A stretch of 64,000 bases of DNA from Candidatus Omnitrophota bacterium. Its GTDB lineage: Bacteria > Omnitrophota > Gorgyraeia > B26-G9. Below are positions 20,476-30,652 of this stretch, piece after piece. Made by a program: the position numbers and the translations under genes. The notes beneath the pieces were generated by a model. It searched no databases. It was given only the letters and a program-made list of their open reading frames with translations, and had not been told where the DNA came from. Numbering within the stretch: position 1 is the stretch's first letter; each line of letters begins with the position of its first letter. Location: NCBI GenBank assembly GCA_018817585.1, contig JAHITE010000125.1, positions 12,580 through 76,579 of the forward strand. Reading direction: 5' to 3'.

Positions 20476-20600
20476 GAGCAAAAATTCTCTTTGAGCGGCG
20501 CTTTTGAACGTAATTTTGACATTGATGTCAAAATAGTGAGAACGCGCGGCTGAGACTGCACGATGCAGGCTCAGGCTTAGCGAAAAGATGTGTTTTTGCG
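20476..20600 (+). repeat. ~125-nt conserved intergenic element (candidate structured RNA), copy 1, upstream of era
   Basis: gcaaaaattctctttgagcggcgcttttgaacgtaattttgacattgatgtcaaaatagtgagaacgcgcggctgagactgcacgatgcaggctcagg...; two hairpins; about 90% identical copies at 55033-55156 and 58279-58403. Confidence 0.75.
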
Positions 20601-20641
20601 TGATATACACGAAGCGATACGGGAAATAGAAAAGAGACCAA

Positions 20642-21556
20642 ATGAAAAAAGATAAAAATTTTAAATCAGGATATGTTGCTTTAATGGGTAAGCCGAATGT
20701 GGGCAAATCAACATTGCTAAATTGTTTTTTAGCGGAAAAATTATCAATTATTTCTGATAAGCCGCAAACAACACGTGACGCGATTTTAGGAATTCTCAGC
20801 GATGATCAAGCCCAGGTAATTTTTGTCGATACTCCGGGAGTTCATAAACCATTAACAGCTCTGGGCCAGCATATGGTCAGAAGTGCCTTGGGCGCGGCTG
20901 ATGACGCGGATATCGTAATTCTGATTATTGACGCGCAAAGCGGCATAACCAAAGCCGATCAGCATATATTTAAAACTCTTAAAGATAAAAAAATATCTGA
21001 GAATTGCCGATGGACAGCGGTATTGATAAATAAAATTGATTTAATTCCCAAAGAAAATATTCTGGCTTTGCTGGATTCCTGCAGCCGTCAAATATCTTTT
21101 GATGCCTATATTCCTGTTTCCGGAAAAACCAAAGAAAATTGCGCGTTAGTTTTAGAAAAAATAAAACAAGCCTTGCCTGAAGGGCCGGAGTATTATCCAA
21201 AGGATCAGTTAACGGATAAGAATGAACGATTTGTGGTGGCTGAACTTATTCGTGAACAGGTTTTACATTTGTGTCGAGAAGAAGTTCCTCATTCTGTGGC
21301 AGTTGAAGTGCATAAATTTGCTGATAATCCAGGTAGAAAAACTCTTATCCAGGCAACTATTTTTCTGGAAAGAGACGCGCAGAAAAAAATTGTGATTGGC
21401 AGTCAGGGGAAAATGCTCAAAGACATTGGTTCCGCGGCTAGAGCAAACATCGAAGAGTTTATTGGCAGAAAAGTTTTTTTGGAATTATGGATAAAAGTGC
21501 AGGACAACTGGCGAAAAGATGAAAGTTTTTTGCGGCGTTTAGGTTATGAAAAATAA
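20642..21556 (+). CDS. era: GTPase Era
   Basis: 304 aa; G1 GKPNVGKSTLLN, G3 DTPG, NKID, C-terminal KH domain. Confidence 0.95.
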   Translation: MKKDKNFKSGYVALMGKPNVGKSTLLNCFLAEKLSIISDKPQTTRDAILGILSDDQAQVIFVDTPGVHKPLTALGQHMVRSALGAADDADIVILIIDAQSGITKADQHIFKTLKDKKISENCRWTAVLINKIDLIPKENILALLDSCSRQISFDAYIPVSGKTKENCALVLEKIKQALPEGPEYYPKDQLTDKNERFVVAELIREQVLHLCREEVPHSVAVEVHKFADNPGRKTLIQATIFLERDAQKKIVIGSQGKMLKDIGSAARANIEEFIGRKVFLELWIKVQDNWRKDESFLRRLGYEK

Positions 21557-21576
21557 TCAACGCGTGATGATTTGTG

Positions 21577-21604
21577 TTGACATAGGGAAAACGCATTGTA
21601 AAAT
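21577..21604 (+). promoter_or_regulatory. sigma70-type promoter for the hydrogenase operon
   Basis: TTGACA - 16 nt - TAAAAT about 50 nt upstream of the small-subunit start. Confidence 0.5.
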
Positions 21605-21651
21605 AAAAATAAGGATTTCATATCTAATAGGGGATTGATAAGGAGGGGATC

Positions 21652-22572
21652 ATGAAACTTACCCGCAGACAATTCCTCAAGATCTTTGGGGCTTCAGCTG
21701 TTGGCGCGGGGATTACTAGTTTGTATAATCCGGCATTGGTTGAGGCTTTAGCGGCAGACGATGGCAAGCCTCCGGTTATTTGGATTCAAGGAGCCGGATG
21801 TAATGGCTGTTCAGTTTCACTTTTAAATACTGTTCATCCGAAAATTGCTGAAGTTTTATTACATATTATAAGTTTAAGGTATCATCCTGCGTTAATGGCT
21901 GGGACAGGGAAAACTGCTTTTGATGTTATTTATGAAGTAGCCGAAGAGTTTAAGGGCAAATATATCGTTGTTCTTGAAGGCGGCATCCCGACAGCGGAAG
22001 ACGGGGCTTATTGCACTGTCGGTGAATATAATGGCCGTCATGTTAAATTAACTGATCTGATTGATTTTCTTGTACCTAATGCTGCTGCTTTGGTTGCCGT
22101 AGGCGCTTGTGCTGCTTTTGGCGGAATTCCTAAAGGCAAACCTAATCCTACTGGAGTTAAAGGTTTTGCTGAATACACTGGGAAAACTGTAGTTAATGTT
22201 TCCGGGTGTCCAGTACATCCTGATTGGATTGTCGGAACTCTAGTTCATGTGCTGCATTATGGGATGCCTGAATTGGATAAGCATAATAGACCAAAATTGT
22301 TTTATGGTAAAAATCTCCACGATAATTGTCCTAACTATTCCTATTTTGCTAAAGGTAAATTCGCGGAAAAATTAAGTGATGATGGATGTTTGGTGAATAT
22401 TGGCTGTAAAGGGCCAATGACTTATGCTGATTGTCCTCTCCGGCATTGGAATAGCGGAGTAAACTGGTGTATCGGATCAGGAACAGGATGTATTGCTTGT
22501 ACTGAGCCGAATTTTCCAGATGCTGCTTCGCAGATGTACGCTAAGTTACCTGATGACATGATTCCTAGCTGA
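21652..22572 (+). CDS. [NiFe] hydrogenase small subunit, Tat-exported
   Basis: 306 aa; twin-arginine signal TRRQFLK; proximal cluster motif GAGCNGCSVSLL; further Cys ligands GCPVHP, CKGPMTYADCP, CIGSGTGCIAC. Confidence 0.9.
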   Translation: MKLTRRQFLKIFGASAVGAGITSLYNPALVEALAADDGKPPVIWIQGAGCNGCSVSLLNTVHPKIAEVLLHIISLRYHPALMAGTGKTAFDVIYEVAEEFKGKYIVVLEGGIPTAEDGAYCTVGEYNGRHVKLTDLIDFLVPNAAALVAVGACAAFGGIPKGKPNPTGVKGFAEYTGKTVVNVSGCPVHPDWIVGTLVHVLHYGMPELDKHNRPKLFYGKNLHDNCPNYSYFAKGKFAEKLSDDGCLVNIGCKGPMTYADCPLRHWNSGVNWCIGSGTGCIACTEPNFPDAASQMYAKLPDDMIPS

Positions 22573-22601
22573 ATAGTTTGACAAGATAAAAGGATGCGGC
22601 C

Positions 22602-24014
22602 ATGGCTAAACAAACCATAAGTATTGATCCAGTTACCCGAATTGAAGGGCATCTTAAAATAGAAGTTGATGTTGATAATGGAAAAGTTATTGATGCTCGT
22701 TCTATTGGAACGTTGTTCAGAGGTTTTGAAACTATATTAAATGGTAGAGATCCGAGAGATGCCCAGATGATAACTCAACGTATTTGCGGAGTTTGCTCGA
22801 TCAGTCATGGGATTGCGGCTACGCTGAATCTTGATTCAGCGTTTAATGTAAGTCCGCCATCAAATGGGCGGATTGTTCGAAATTTAATTCTGAGTGGTAA
22901 TTATATTCAATCGCACATATTGCATTTTTACCATTTGGCTGCGCTTGATTTTGTTACCGGCCCGGATGTCGCTCCGTTTATTCCCAGATATAAAGGGGAT
23001 TACTTATTGCCTAAAAAGGTTAATGACGCGGCAGTTGAGCATTATATGCAGGCTTTGGATATGCGAATGAAAGCGCATGAATTAACCGCTTTGTGGTCAG
23101 GGAAAGTTCCCATGGCGCAGTCGATAACTCCCGGCGGAGTTTCGCAAAAAGTATCGGTTGATAGAATTGCCTCAGCTTTATGGAGAATTCGTGAGCTTAA
23201 AGATTTTGTGAAAAATGTTTATATTTCCGATGTTTTAGCGGTTGCTGATGTATATAAGGATTACGGGACTGTGGGTGTTGGTTATAAAAACTTTCTTTCT
23301 TATGGAGTTTTTGCCGAGAACAATGAAAAAACAGAGTTTTTATTTAAATCAGGAATCTATACTGCGGATATTGATTTGGAAATGAACGCGCAAAAGATTA
23401 CTGAAGATGTTGAATTTTCCTGGTATAAAAAAGAAATTGGCAGAAAACATCCTGCTGAAGGGCAGACTGACCCTGATCTGCACAAAGAAAATGCTTATTC
23501 ATGGGTAAAAGCGCCTCGTTACGATGGTATCCCTCACGAAGTCGGCCCATTAGCTAGAATGTGGATCAATGGAGATTATCGAAAAGGCGCTTCGCTTTTA
23601 GATCGTCATGCGGCGCGTGCTTTGGAAACTCTCAAAGTTGCTGAGGCTATGGAAAAGTGGGTATTGCAGTTAAAGCCCGGTGAGCCGGTTTTTACTGCTT
23701 TTGAAATACCGGTTAATGCGGAAGGAATGGGTTTGACTGAAGCCCCGCGGGGTGCCCTTGGCCATTGGATAAAAATCGAGAATAAAAAAATAGCTAATTA
23801 TCAGGCGGTAGTGCCTTCCACCTGGAATTTAAGTCCAAAAGATGAGGATTTTCAGCGTGGTCCGGTTGAGGAAGCATTGATTGGCTGCCCTGTGCCGGAT
23901 GCGGATAATCCAATAAACGTAGCAAGAATTGTTCGTTCATTTGATCCTTGCCTTGCTTGCGCAGTTCATTTGACAAAACCAAATGGGGAAATGAAGAAAT
24001 TTAGAGTTTGTTAG
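22602..24014 (+). CDS. [NiFe] hydrogenase large subunit
   Basis: 470 aa; N-terminal RICGVCSISHG and C-terminal DPCLACAVH Ni-Fe ligands with a short tail after His, the substrate for the maturation protease. Confidence 0.92.
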   Translation: MAKQTISIDPVTRIEGHLKIEVDVDNGKVIDARSIGTLFRGFETILNGRDPRDAQMITQRICGVCSISHGIAATLNLDSAFNVSPPSNGRIVRNLILSGNYIQSHILHFYHLAALDFVTGPDVAPFIPRYKGDYLLPKKVNDAAVEHYMQALDMRMKAHELTALWSGKVPMAQSITPGGVSQKVSVDRIASALWRIRELKDFVKNVYISDVLAVADVYKDYGTVGVGYKNFLSYGVFAENNEKTEFLFKSGIYTADIDLEMNAQKITEDVEFSWYKKEIGRKHPAEGQTDPDLHKENAYSWVKAPRYDGIPHEVGPLARMWINGDYRKGASLLDRHAARALETLKVAEAMEKWVLQLKPGEPVFTAFEIPVNAEGMGLTEAPRGALGHWIKIENKKIANYQAVVPSTWNLSPKDEDFQRGPVEEALIGCPVPDADNPINVARIVRSFDPCLACAVHLTKPNGEMKKFRVC

Positions 24015-24050
24015 AACTAGATAGTTTAATCTTAATAATTTGGGTGTTTT

Positions 24051-24503
24051 TTGTTTAAAAAAATAACAATATTGGGAATCGGTAATTTATTACTCAAAGA
24101 TGAGGGTGTGGGGATTCACGCTATTGAGGCATTAAGAAAAGAATCGCTGCCTGATAATGTTGAGCTTGTGGATGGAGCGGCGTCAGGATTTGATTTATTG
24201 CCAATAATCGAGCAATGTGATAAGTTGATTGTAATTGACGCGATTAAGATTGCTGAACAGCCGGGAACAATATATCAATTCGACCCCAAGCAGATTGATG
24301 TTAAGCGAGATTTAAATATGTCTCTGCATGATGTTGACTTTTTTCAAGTGCTTGAATTTGCCAATAAACATCGGTGGTTGCCAGAGATATTGATGATCGG
24401 GATTGTTCCTAATGAGATTTGTTTAAGTATGGATTTATCTGATATTATTAAAGGGAAAATACCGAGGATTGTGTATTTAGTTAAGCAAGCAATAGAGAAT
24501 TAA
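24051..24503 (+). CDS. hydrogenase maturation endopeptidase (HyaD/HybD family)
   Basis: 150 aa; ILGIGNLLLKDEGVGIHAIE N-terminus typical of the family. Confidence 0.85.
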   Translation: MFKKITILGIGNLLLKDEGVGIHAIEALRKESLPDNVELVDGAASGFDLLPIIEQCDKLIVIDAIKIAEQPGTIYQFDPKQIDVKRDLNMSLHDVDFFQVLEFANKHRWLPEILMIGIVPNEICLSMDLSDIIKGKIPRIVYLVKQAIEN

Positions 24504-24540
24504 ACTTATATAACTATTATCTTAACAGTTTGAGAAGGGA

Positions 24541-25005
24541 GTGTTTTTTTTGAAAAAAATAATTATTTCAGGATTCATTTTGGGGGTTTTATTGATGTTT
24601 GATTATAATTATGCTTTGGCTCAACAAGATTCTCCAGCTAAAGATATTGCTTCTGAATATGTCGGGGTAGCGCAATGCGCTGTCTGTCACCCCGCGGAAT
24701 ATCAGGAGTATAACAAGCGTAAATTTAAGAAGGCCTGGCGGGTGTTAAAAATGCGTGGGGCGGAAAAAAATGAAATATGCTTAAAATGTCATGTGACTGG
24801 TTTTGGAAAAGGCGGATTTATTAGTGAAGAGCAAACCCCGCATTTAGTTGGTAAACAATGCGAAGCATGCCATGGTCCTGGTGGTAAGCATATAAGTAAT
24901 CCCTCTGACCAGAATTTTAGAAAACAGTTAAAAGTGGTTAATAAGCAAAACATATGTATAGAATGTCATACTTGTATGACAACTCATAAAACAAATGATT
25001 TTTAA
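24541..25005 (+). CDS. periplasmic tetraheme c-type cytochrome (cytochrome c3-like)
   Basis: 154 aa; signal peptide; four CxxCH motifs (CAVCH, CLKCH, CEACH, CIECH). Confidence 0.8.
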   Translation: MFFLKKIIISGFILGVLLMFDYNYALAQQDSPAKDIASEYVGVAQCAVCHPAEYQEYNKRKFKKAWRVLKMRGAEKNEICLKCHVTGFGKGGFISEEQTPHLVGKQCEACHGPGGKHISNPSDQNFRKQLKVVNKQNICIECHTCMTTHKTNDF

Positions 25006-25039
25006 TGAATTTTTAGTAATGAAAATATATGAAAATATA

Positions 25040-25068
25040 TTGACAGGAGTATTGATTTATGTTAAATT
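25040..25068 (+). promoter_or_regulatory. strong sigma70-type promoter of the OMP gene
   Basis: TTGACA - 17 nt - TAAATT; about 230-nt 5' UTR; RBS AAGGAGG before ATG 25302. Confidence 0.5.
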
Positions 25069-25301
25069 AGCACTATATGGAAAAATGCCGAGATTGAATA
25101 TTTTTTATAAGTAGCGGCTGAATTCATCATATATAACTTTAATCTGGCGACAAGGAGGTGGGGGAAAATAGAGCCTGAAGTTATAAGCATATGGTGATAA
25201 TGGAATAAGATAGAAATAACCTGGGCAACTATAGACAAACCTATAACTATAGACCTAGTTGGCCAAATAAATTTAAATTATTTTCTAAGGAGGAAAATAT
25301 A

Positions 25302-26621
25302 ATGAAGAGAATGCTAACAATTCTTTTAGCAGTAAGCATGATTGCGCTTGTGGCAATGCCTGCTTTTGCTGAAGTACAGAATATTAAAGTAAATGGCGGA
25401 GTTAAAATCACTGGTATTACTAGAGAAGGCTTTATTAATAGAGGACCAGCAGGATCTACTACCGGATACCCGGAAGCAGACTCGAGAGATTGGTACAACA
25501 CTGTTACTACTCTTGGTGTCGCGGCAGATCTTACTGACAATGTTTCAGCCACAATGGTATTAGGCAATGAAAGAGATTGGGGACTAGCTACTGCAACTAC
25601 TACTACTACTGGTGATGCTACTGCTGTTACTGTTTTTTCTTCTTACATTACTATGGAAGAAATGCTTTATTCAGCTTTAACAGTTAAAGCTGGTAGAATG
25701 CCGCTTGCTATTGCTGATAAATTAATTGTGGGTGATGGAACTGGTAATATTAATAGTCTTAATAGCGGTAACTTATCAGCCCAGACTGAATTTGATGCGA
25801 TCGTTGGTATTTTAGATTATGATCCATTAACAGTTATTTTGGGTACTGTAAAAGTATCAGATGAAGCACAGTCTGCTTCTGATGACGTGGATCTATATTT
25901 GGTTGATGGTATCTACAAGTTTGAAGATGACATGAACACAGTATTAGATGCTTATTTTGGAACAGCTCATTACAGTAGTCCTGGTGCTGCAACATTAACT
26001 GGTCCTGGTGCAAACAGCACAAGAACAGCTGATGTTAATGTTTTAGCAGCTGTATTGACCATGGAGCCAGCAGAACGCGTAACAGCTAAATTCGGTATTG
26101 GATATCAGTTTGGTGATTACCAGAAGACTGCAACAGCTAGCCGCGGTCTTGACGCAATGGCATTAGATCTTGGTGTAAATTACGCGATTGATAATGAATA
26201 TGCGCCTGTTGTTGGATTAAAATATGTATACCGTTCAGGTGATGACCAGGCAACTGGAGCTAATGCTGACTATACTGGATGGTTAGGTCTTTATGAACAA
26301 CAAATAAATGGTGCGATTTTTGATCCAAATACAAACATCAGCGCTTTTGCTTTAACAGCAACTGCAGTACCTGCTGATAGACTTACTATTGGTTTAGAGT
26401 ATTGGATGTTTACATTAGACGAATCATTGAAAACTGCTACTACACAATGCAGTACAAGTGATGAAGCTGGATCAGAGATTGATCTTACAGCATCTTATGC
26501 TTATACAGAAGATGTTAAGATTGGGCTTGGTCTTGGTTGGTTCTTCCCTGGGGATTATTATAAATCAGGGTTTGATGAAACAGCTATGCAGGCTTTAGTT
26601 CAAGTTGCTGTAAAGTTCTAA
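25302..26621 (+). CDS. outer-membrane beta-barrel protein (putative porin), highly expressed
   Basis: 439 aa; signal peptide MKRMLTILLAVSMIALVAMPAFA; alternating beta-strand pattern; Thr-rich loop; C-terminal VAVKF aromatic terminus; biased codon use. Confidence 0.55.
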   Translation: MKRMLTILLAVSMIALVAMPAFAEVQNIKVNGGVKITGITREGFINRGPAGSTTGYPEADSRDWYNTVTTLGVAADLTDNVSATMVLGNERDWGLATATTTTTGDATAVTVFSSYITMEEMLYSALTVKAGRMPLAIADKLIVGDGTGNINSLNSGNLSAQTEFDAIVGILDYDPLTVILGTVKVSDEAQSASDDVDLYLVDGIYKFEDDMNTVLDAYFGTAHYSSPGAATLTGPGANSTRTADVNVLAAVLTMEPAERVTAKFGIGYQFGDYQKTATASRGLDAMALDLGVNYAIDNEYAPVVGLKYVYRSGDDQATGANADYTGWLGLYEQQINGAIFDPNTNISAFALTATAVPADRLTIGLEYWMFTLDESLKTATTQCSTSDEAGSEIDLTASYAYTEDVKIGLGLGWFFPGDYYKSGFDETAMQALVQVAVKF

Positions 26622-26635
26622 GTTAATTAAATAAA

Positions 26636-26672
26636 AAGCCCTCGCTTCTTTTGGAAGCGGGGGCTTTTTTTG
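26636..26672 (+). terminator. rho-independent terminator
   Basis: AGCCCTCGCTTC-tttt-GGAAGCGGGGGCT followed by TTTTTTT. Confidence 0.85.
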
Positions 26673-26722
26673 CTAAAATATTTTCATTTTATTGAACTAT
26701 CGCGATATTAGGAATTTTATGC

Positions 26723-26751
26723 TTGACACTATCGACGTTTTTGAGTAATAT
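26723..26751 (+). promoter_or_regulatory. sigma70-type promoter of the chemotaxis operon
   Basis: TTGACA - 17 nt - TAATAT about 60 nt upstream of the mcp start. Confidence 0.5.
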
Positions 26752-26810
26752 GAACAATATCGCAACTTATGATTTCGCAGTTTGTTCAGTAAAAATATTA
26801 GGGGGGAGAA

Positions 26811-28520
26811 ATGTTGAAATTTTTGCCAAAAAATCTAGAGTTTAAGATTATTTTTTCTGTGGGCATAGCGTTATTTGTTGTATTAGGCATAAGTGCGGTA
26901 ATAAATATTTCAACCCAGTCTCGGATTCTGATTGAACAAGAAAAGTCGCTTGCTTCTATTTTAAGTGATAGTATTCTTAATGGTATTTTCTATCCCATGC
27001 TTGGTGGAGATCAGGCACTTGTCCAGACGGTCTTTAATTATTTTGCTTCACAAAAGCAAATAGATATGCTTTTTTTAGCGAATAATGAAGGAGAAATCAA
27101 GCGGTGCACATCTAATGAGTATTTTGGGAAAAAGATTGATTTTAGGGGTATTATTAGTGAAATTGAGTCTAAGGATAAAAGCACTAAGTTGCAAAAATTT
27201 AAAACAAGTAGCAGAAATCCAAATAAGAAAGTTTTTGCGACATATATCCCTGTTTATAATAATCCAGAGTGTAATTCTTGCCATGGTAAAAACACAAAAA
27301 TTTTAGGCCTTCTGGGGGTTGAACTGGAGTGGGATAATGTAAAAAAAGCAACTGCTGATACCTTAAACAGGGTATTGTTGATTGCATTGATTAGTATTTT
27401 TTTAATCAGTATTTTAGTTATTATTTTGCTTAGAAAACTAGTTATTAAACCAATTAATATTTTAGTAAAAGCGAGTGAGCCGGCAGTAAGAGGTGATTTA
27501 ACCATAACAGTAGATAATAATTCTGAGGATGAAATAGGTAAGCTCACAGTAGCTTATAACGCGATTATTAAAAATCTTCATAATATGGTAAGCCGGATTA
27601 AAGAATTAGCGGGAAAAGTTTCTAGTTTTGCCCAAGAGATTTCTACTTCTTCTAAAGAGATGAATGCTTCAACTCAGGAAATTTCTTCAACAATTCAGAA
27701 AATTGCTAAGGGGGTTACCACTCAGGCAAAACGAGTTGAAGATACCTCTCAGCTAATGGAAGGTTTGTCTGATTCAGTTCGTCGGGTTGCTGATAACGCG
27801 ACTTCCGCGACAAAGTCTTCAGAGAAGTCGCTTGAACAGGCGCAAAGCGGTGGATACGCTACTGCTGAAGCTGTAGAAAAAATGAATAAAATAACAACAA
27901 CAGTTTCCAATGCCGCGGCAGTAATCTCCTCATTAGGTGAAAAGTCTCAGCAAATCGGTCAGATTACTGAAACAATTACAAATATTGCTGATCAGACAAA
28001 TCTGCTTGCTTTAAATGCCGCTATTGAAGCAGCTAGAGCTGGAGATGCGGGTAGAGGGTTTGCCGTAGTTGCTGAGGAAGTTAGAAAGCTAGCTGAAGGA
28101 TCTGCTGAGGCAGCACGCCGAATTGGAAGTCTTATAAAGGGAATTCAGGTTGAAACTCCTAAAGCCGTAAGCTCGATAGAAGCTGGAACAAAAGAAGTTG
28201 CTGAGGGCGCTTTGATTGTTTCCCGGGTTTCAGATGCTCTTGCGGAAATTATTAACGCGGTCAGGACATCAGCGACTATGGTAGATGAAATTACTGAAGC
28301 TACTCAACATCAATTGGCTGCTTCAGAAAAAATAGTTAAAGCTGTTGATGAAGTAGCAGTTGTCGCAGAGGAATCAGCTTCCGCGACTGAAGAAGCTTCA
28401 AGTTCTGCCGAAGAACAAACTGCTTCAATGGAAGAGTTGACTGCTTCTGCTGAAGAATTAGCTCGTCTAGCTTTGGATCTCCAAGAACTTGTTGATAAAT
28501 TTCAACTAAATAAGAAATAA
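26811..28520 (+). CDS. methyl-accepting chemotaxis protein with a c-type heme-binding periplasmic sensor domain
   Basis: 569 aa; TM1, periplasmic domain of about 150 aa containing CNSCH (CxxCH), TM2, HAMP; signalling domain [34 protein letters not shown]. Confidence 0.92.
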   Translation: MLKFLPKNLEFKIIFSVGIALFVVLGISAVINISTQSRILIEQEKSLASILSDSILNGIFYPMLGGDQALVQTVFNYFASQKQIDMLFLANNEGEIKRCTSNEYFGKKIDFRGIISEIESKDKSTKLQKFKTSSRNPNKKVFATYIPVYNNPECNSCHGKNTKILGLLGVELEWDNVKKATADTLNRVLLIALISIFLISILVIILLRKLVIKPINILVKASEPAVRGDLTITVDNNSEDEIGKLTVAYNAIIKNLHNMVSRIKELAGKVSSFAQEISTSSKEMNASTQEISSTIQKIAKGVTTQAKRVEDTSQLMEGLSDSVRRVADNATSATKSSEKSLEQAQSGGYATAEAVEKMNKITTTVSNAAAVISSLGEKSQQIGQITETITNIADQTNLLALNAAIEAARAGDAGRGFAVVAEEVRKLAEGSAEAARRIGSLIKGIQVETPKAVSSIEAGTKEVAEGALIVSRVSDALAEIINAVRTSATMVDEITEATQHQLAASEKIVKAVDEVAVVAEESASATEEASSSAEEQTASMEELTASAEELARLALDLQELVDKFQLNKK

Positions 28521-28563
28521 AAATTGACTATTAATTTGTGTATTCAGTCAGGAGGCATAAAAA

Positions 28564-29067
28564 ATGTCTGAAACAAAAAAGGGCAGTGGGGAAATTCAGC
28601 TTGTTGTTTTTAAAATCGGAGAAGAAGAATTTGGAGTGGAAATTAACCAGGTCCGGGAAATTGTTAAGCTGGTTTCAATTACTCGCATGCCAAAGTCCCC
28701 TGCATTTATTGAAGGTGTTGTCAATTTAAGAGGTCAAATTATTACGGTTATTGACTTATCAAAAAGATTGGATTTGCCTTCCGCGGGGCGCAGTGAATCC
28801 ACAAGGATTATGGTTGTAGAAATCGGGGAAAGCATAGTGGGAATGATCGTTGATTCTGTTTCAGAAGTTTTAAGATTATCAGAAAGTAATATAGAAGACA
28901 CTCCTTCGCTTATAGAAACTGAGGTACATGAAAGATATTTGCGCGGTGTAGGTAAAAGCGAAGACAGATTGCTGATATTGTTGGATTTAAACGAGGTGTT
29001 AAGTATTGACGAAGTAAAACATGTAGCTAAACAGGATATTTTAAAAGATGCTATAGAAAAAAAATAG
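28564..29067 (+). CDS. cheW: chemotaxis coupling protein CheW
   Basis: 167 aa; LVVFKIGEEEFGVEINQVREIV CheW fold. Confidence 0.9.
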   Translation: MSETKKGSGEIQLVVFKIGEEEFGVEINQVREIVKLVSITRMPKSPAFIEGVVNLRGQIITVIDLSKRLDLPSAGRSESTRIMVVEIGESIVGMIVDSVSEVLRLSESNIEDTPSLIETEVHERYLRGVGKSEDRLLILLDLNEVLSIDEVKHVAKQDILKDAIEKK

Positions 29068-29096
29068 AGTAACTGAAAAGGAAGGAGCGTTTTAAG

Positions 29097-29471
29097 ATGG
29101 GAGTTAAAGTTTTGGTTGTTGATGATGCTGTTTTCATGCGTAAGATGATTGGAGATATTCTTAAGAAAGAAGGATATGAGGTTGTGGGCGAAGCAGAAAA
29201 CGGGAAAGAGGCAGTTGCTAAATATTTAGAGCTTAAGCCTGATCTGGTTACCATGGATATTGTTATGCCGAAGGTTGGAGATATCGATGGAATCGGAGCT
29301 GTTAAAGAAATAATGGAAAAAGATGAAAAGGCAAAGATTCTGATGGTAAGTGCTATGGGGCAGCATGCTTTAGTGGTAGAGGCTATTCAGTCAGGAGCTA
29401 AAGATTTTGTTACTAAACCTTTTCAGCCTTCGCGAGTACTTGAAGCGGCAAAACGTGTGCTTGAAAGTTAA
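29097..29471 (+). CDS. cheY: chemotaxis response regulator CheY
   Basis: 124 aa; VLVVDDAVFMRKMI, phospho-Asp in DIVMP, Lys in VTKP. Confidence 0.9.
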   Translation: MGVKVLVVDDAVFMRKMIGDILKKEGYEVVGEAENGKEAVAKYLELKPDLVTMDIVMPKVGDIDGIGAVKEIMEKDEKAKILMVSAMGQHALVVEAIQSGAKDFVTKPFQPSRVLEAAKRVLES

Positions 29472-29529
29472 GTACTTAAAACACCACTAATTTTTCTTAA
29501 ATAATTAAATTAAGTAAGGTGTTTATAAT

Positions 29530-30156
29530 TTGTTAAATAAAAAAATTACTTTAAATGCCCAGGAGAAAGATCTTCTCAAGGAAATAGCTAATATCTGCGC
29601 GGGAAATGCAGCGACTTCTCTTTCTCAGTTATTGAGCAAAAAAATAGAAATGAATGTGCCGAATGTTCATTTTATTCCGATAGCTGAAGTGCCAAAAGCT
29701 GTGGGCGGCGCTGATACATTGGTGGTAAGTGTTGTGTTTCAGGTCTTTGGAGCTGCTCCGGGAATTGTTTTATTATTGTTTTCGCAGTCTGATGCCAAAA
29801 CCTTAGCAGGAATTCTTAATGGGGAAACAGCTAGAAATGGACTTTTAACTGAGATGGATCAGTCTGCCATAAAGGAGGCTGGAAGTATTCTGGCTGCTGC
29901 TTATCTAAATACTCTTTCCGCGGTGACTAAAATAGGGCTTATCCCATCTACCCCCGGCATTTTTATTGATATGGCTGGGGCGCTGGTTGATTACATATTA
30001 ATAGAACTCAGTGCTGTTACAGAATACGCATTATTGCTTGATTCAGTATTTGTTGATGCTGAAAAAAGTGTCCAAGGTCATTTCTTTTTATTGCCAAATT
30101 CAGGAAGTTTTGAATTAATTTTAAAAGCGATTGGAGAATCAGTTAATGGATCTTAA
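29530..30156 (+). CDS. cheC: CheY-P phosphatase CheC
   Basis: 208 aa; two E-x2-N motifs (LKEIANICAGNAATSL; IKEAGSILAAAYLNTL). Confidence 0.8.
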   Translation: MLNKKITLNAQEKDLLKEIANICAGNAATSLSQLLSKKIEMNVPNVHFIPIAEVPKAVGGADTLVVSVVFQVFGAAPGIVLLLFSQSDAKTLAGILNGETARNGLLTEMDQSAIKEAGSILAAAYLNTLSAVTKIGLIPSTPGIFIDMAGALVDYILIELSAVTEYALLLDSVFVDAEKSVQGHFFLLPNSGSFELILKAIGESVNGS

Positions 30157-30652
30157 TGAATATAACCCACCTAAAGAAATCCATGTTGGTATGGCAGATA
30201 TGAAAGTTGCCCAAGCTCCGATTGTGCTTACTTCTCTGGGTTTAGGTTCTTGTGTTGGAATAGTTTTATATTACGCGAAAACCCAAATTGGCGGACTTGC
30301 TCATATCATGCTTCCAGATGTTGATTTAGTTAAGAATAGAACTAATCGCGCGAAATTCGCGAATACAGCGATTCCTGATTTGCTGGAGAAATTAGAGAAA
30401 ATGGGAGCGGAAAGAAGGTTTATAAAAGCAAAAATTATGGGTGGAGCCCATATGTTTGGTTTTGCTAAAACTAATAAAGTTTTTAATGTGGGCATCCGAA
30501 ATATTGAAAAAGTGAAAGATATTCTTAAAGATTTGCGAATTAGATTGGTTGCTGAAGATGTGGGCGGTTCCTACGGACGGTCTTTATATTTTTATCTTTC
30601 TACTGGTGAAGTTCGTGTTAGAACTATAAATCATGGAGAAAGAATAATATGA
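30146..30652 (+). CDS. cheD: chemoreceptor glutamine deamidase CheD
   Basis: ORF-track start 30131 is TTG; the ATG at 30146 has a GGAGAA RBS; GLGSCVGIVL with catalytic Cys and MLPD motif. Confidence 0.85.
   Translation: MDLNEYNPPKEIHVGMADMKVAQAPIVLTSLGLGSCVGIVLYYAKTQIGGLAHIMLPDVDLVKNRTNRAKFANTAIPDLLEKLEKMGAERRFIKAKIMGGAHMFGFAKTNKVFNVGIRNIEKVKDILKDLRIRLVAEDVGGSYGRSLYFYLSTGEVRVRTINHGERII

Noticed and set aside
20517-20546. The TTGACA inside the repeat-element palindrome TTTTGACA…TGTCAAAA as a -35 promoter box.
   Set aside because: No acceptable -10 lies 16-18 nt downstream (AGAACG). The palindrome covaries in copy 3 (TTGATA), which fits RNA structure better than a promoter.
28538-28729. 63-aa + strand ORF overlapping the cheW start.
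   Set aside because: It is out of frame with and inside cheW, which has a strong motif match. It is spurious.
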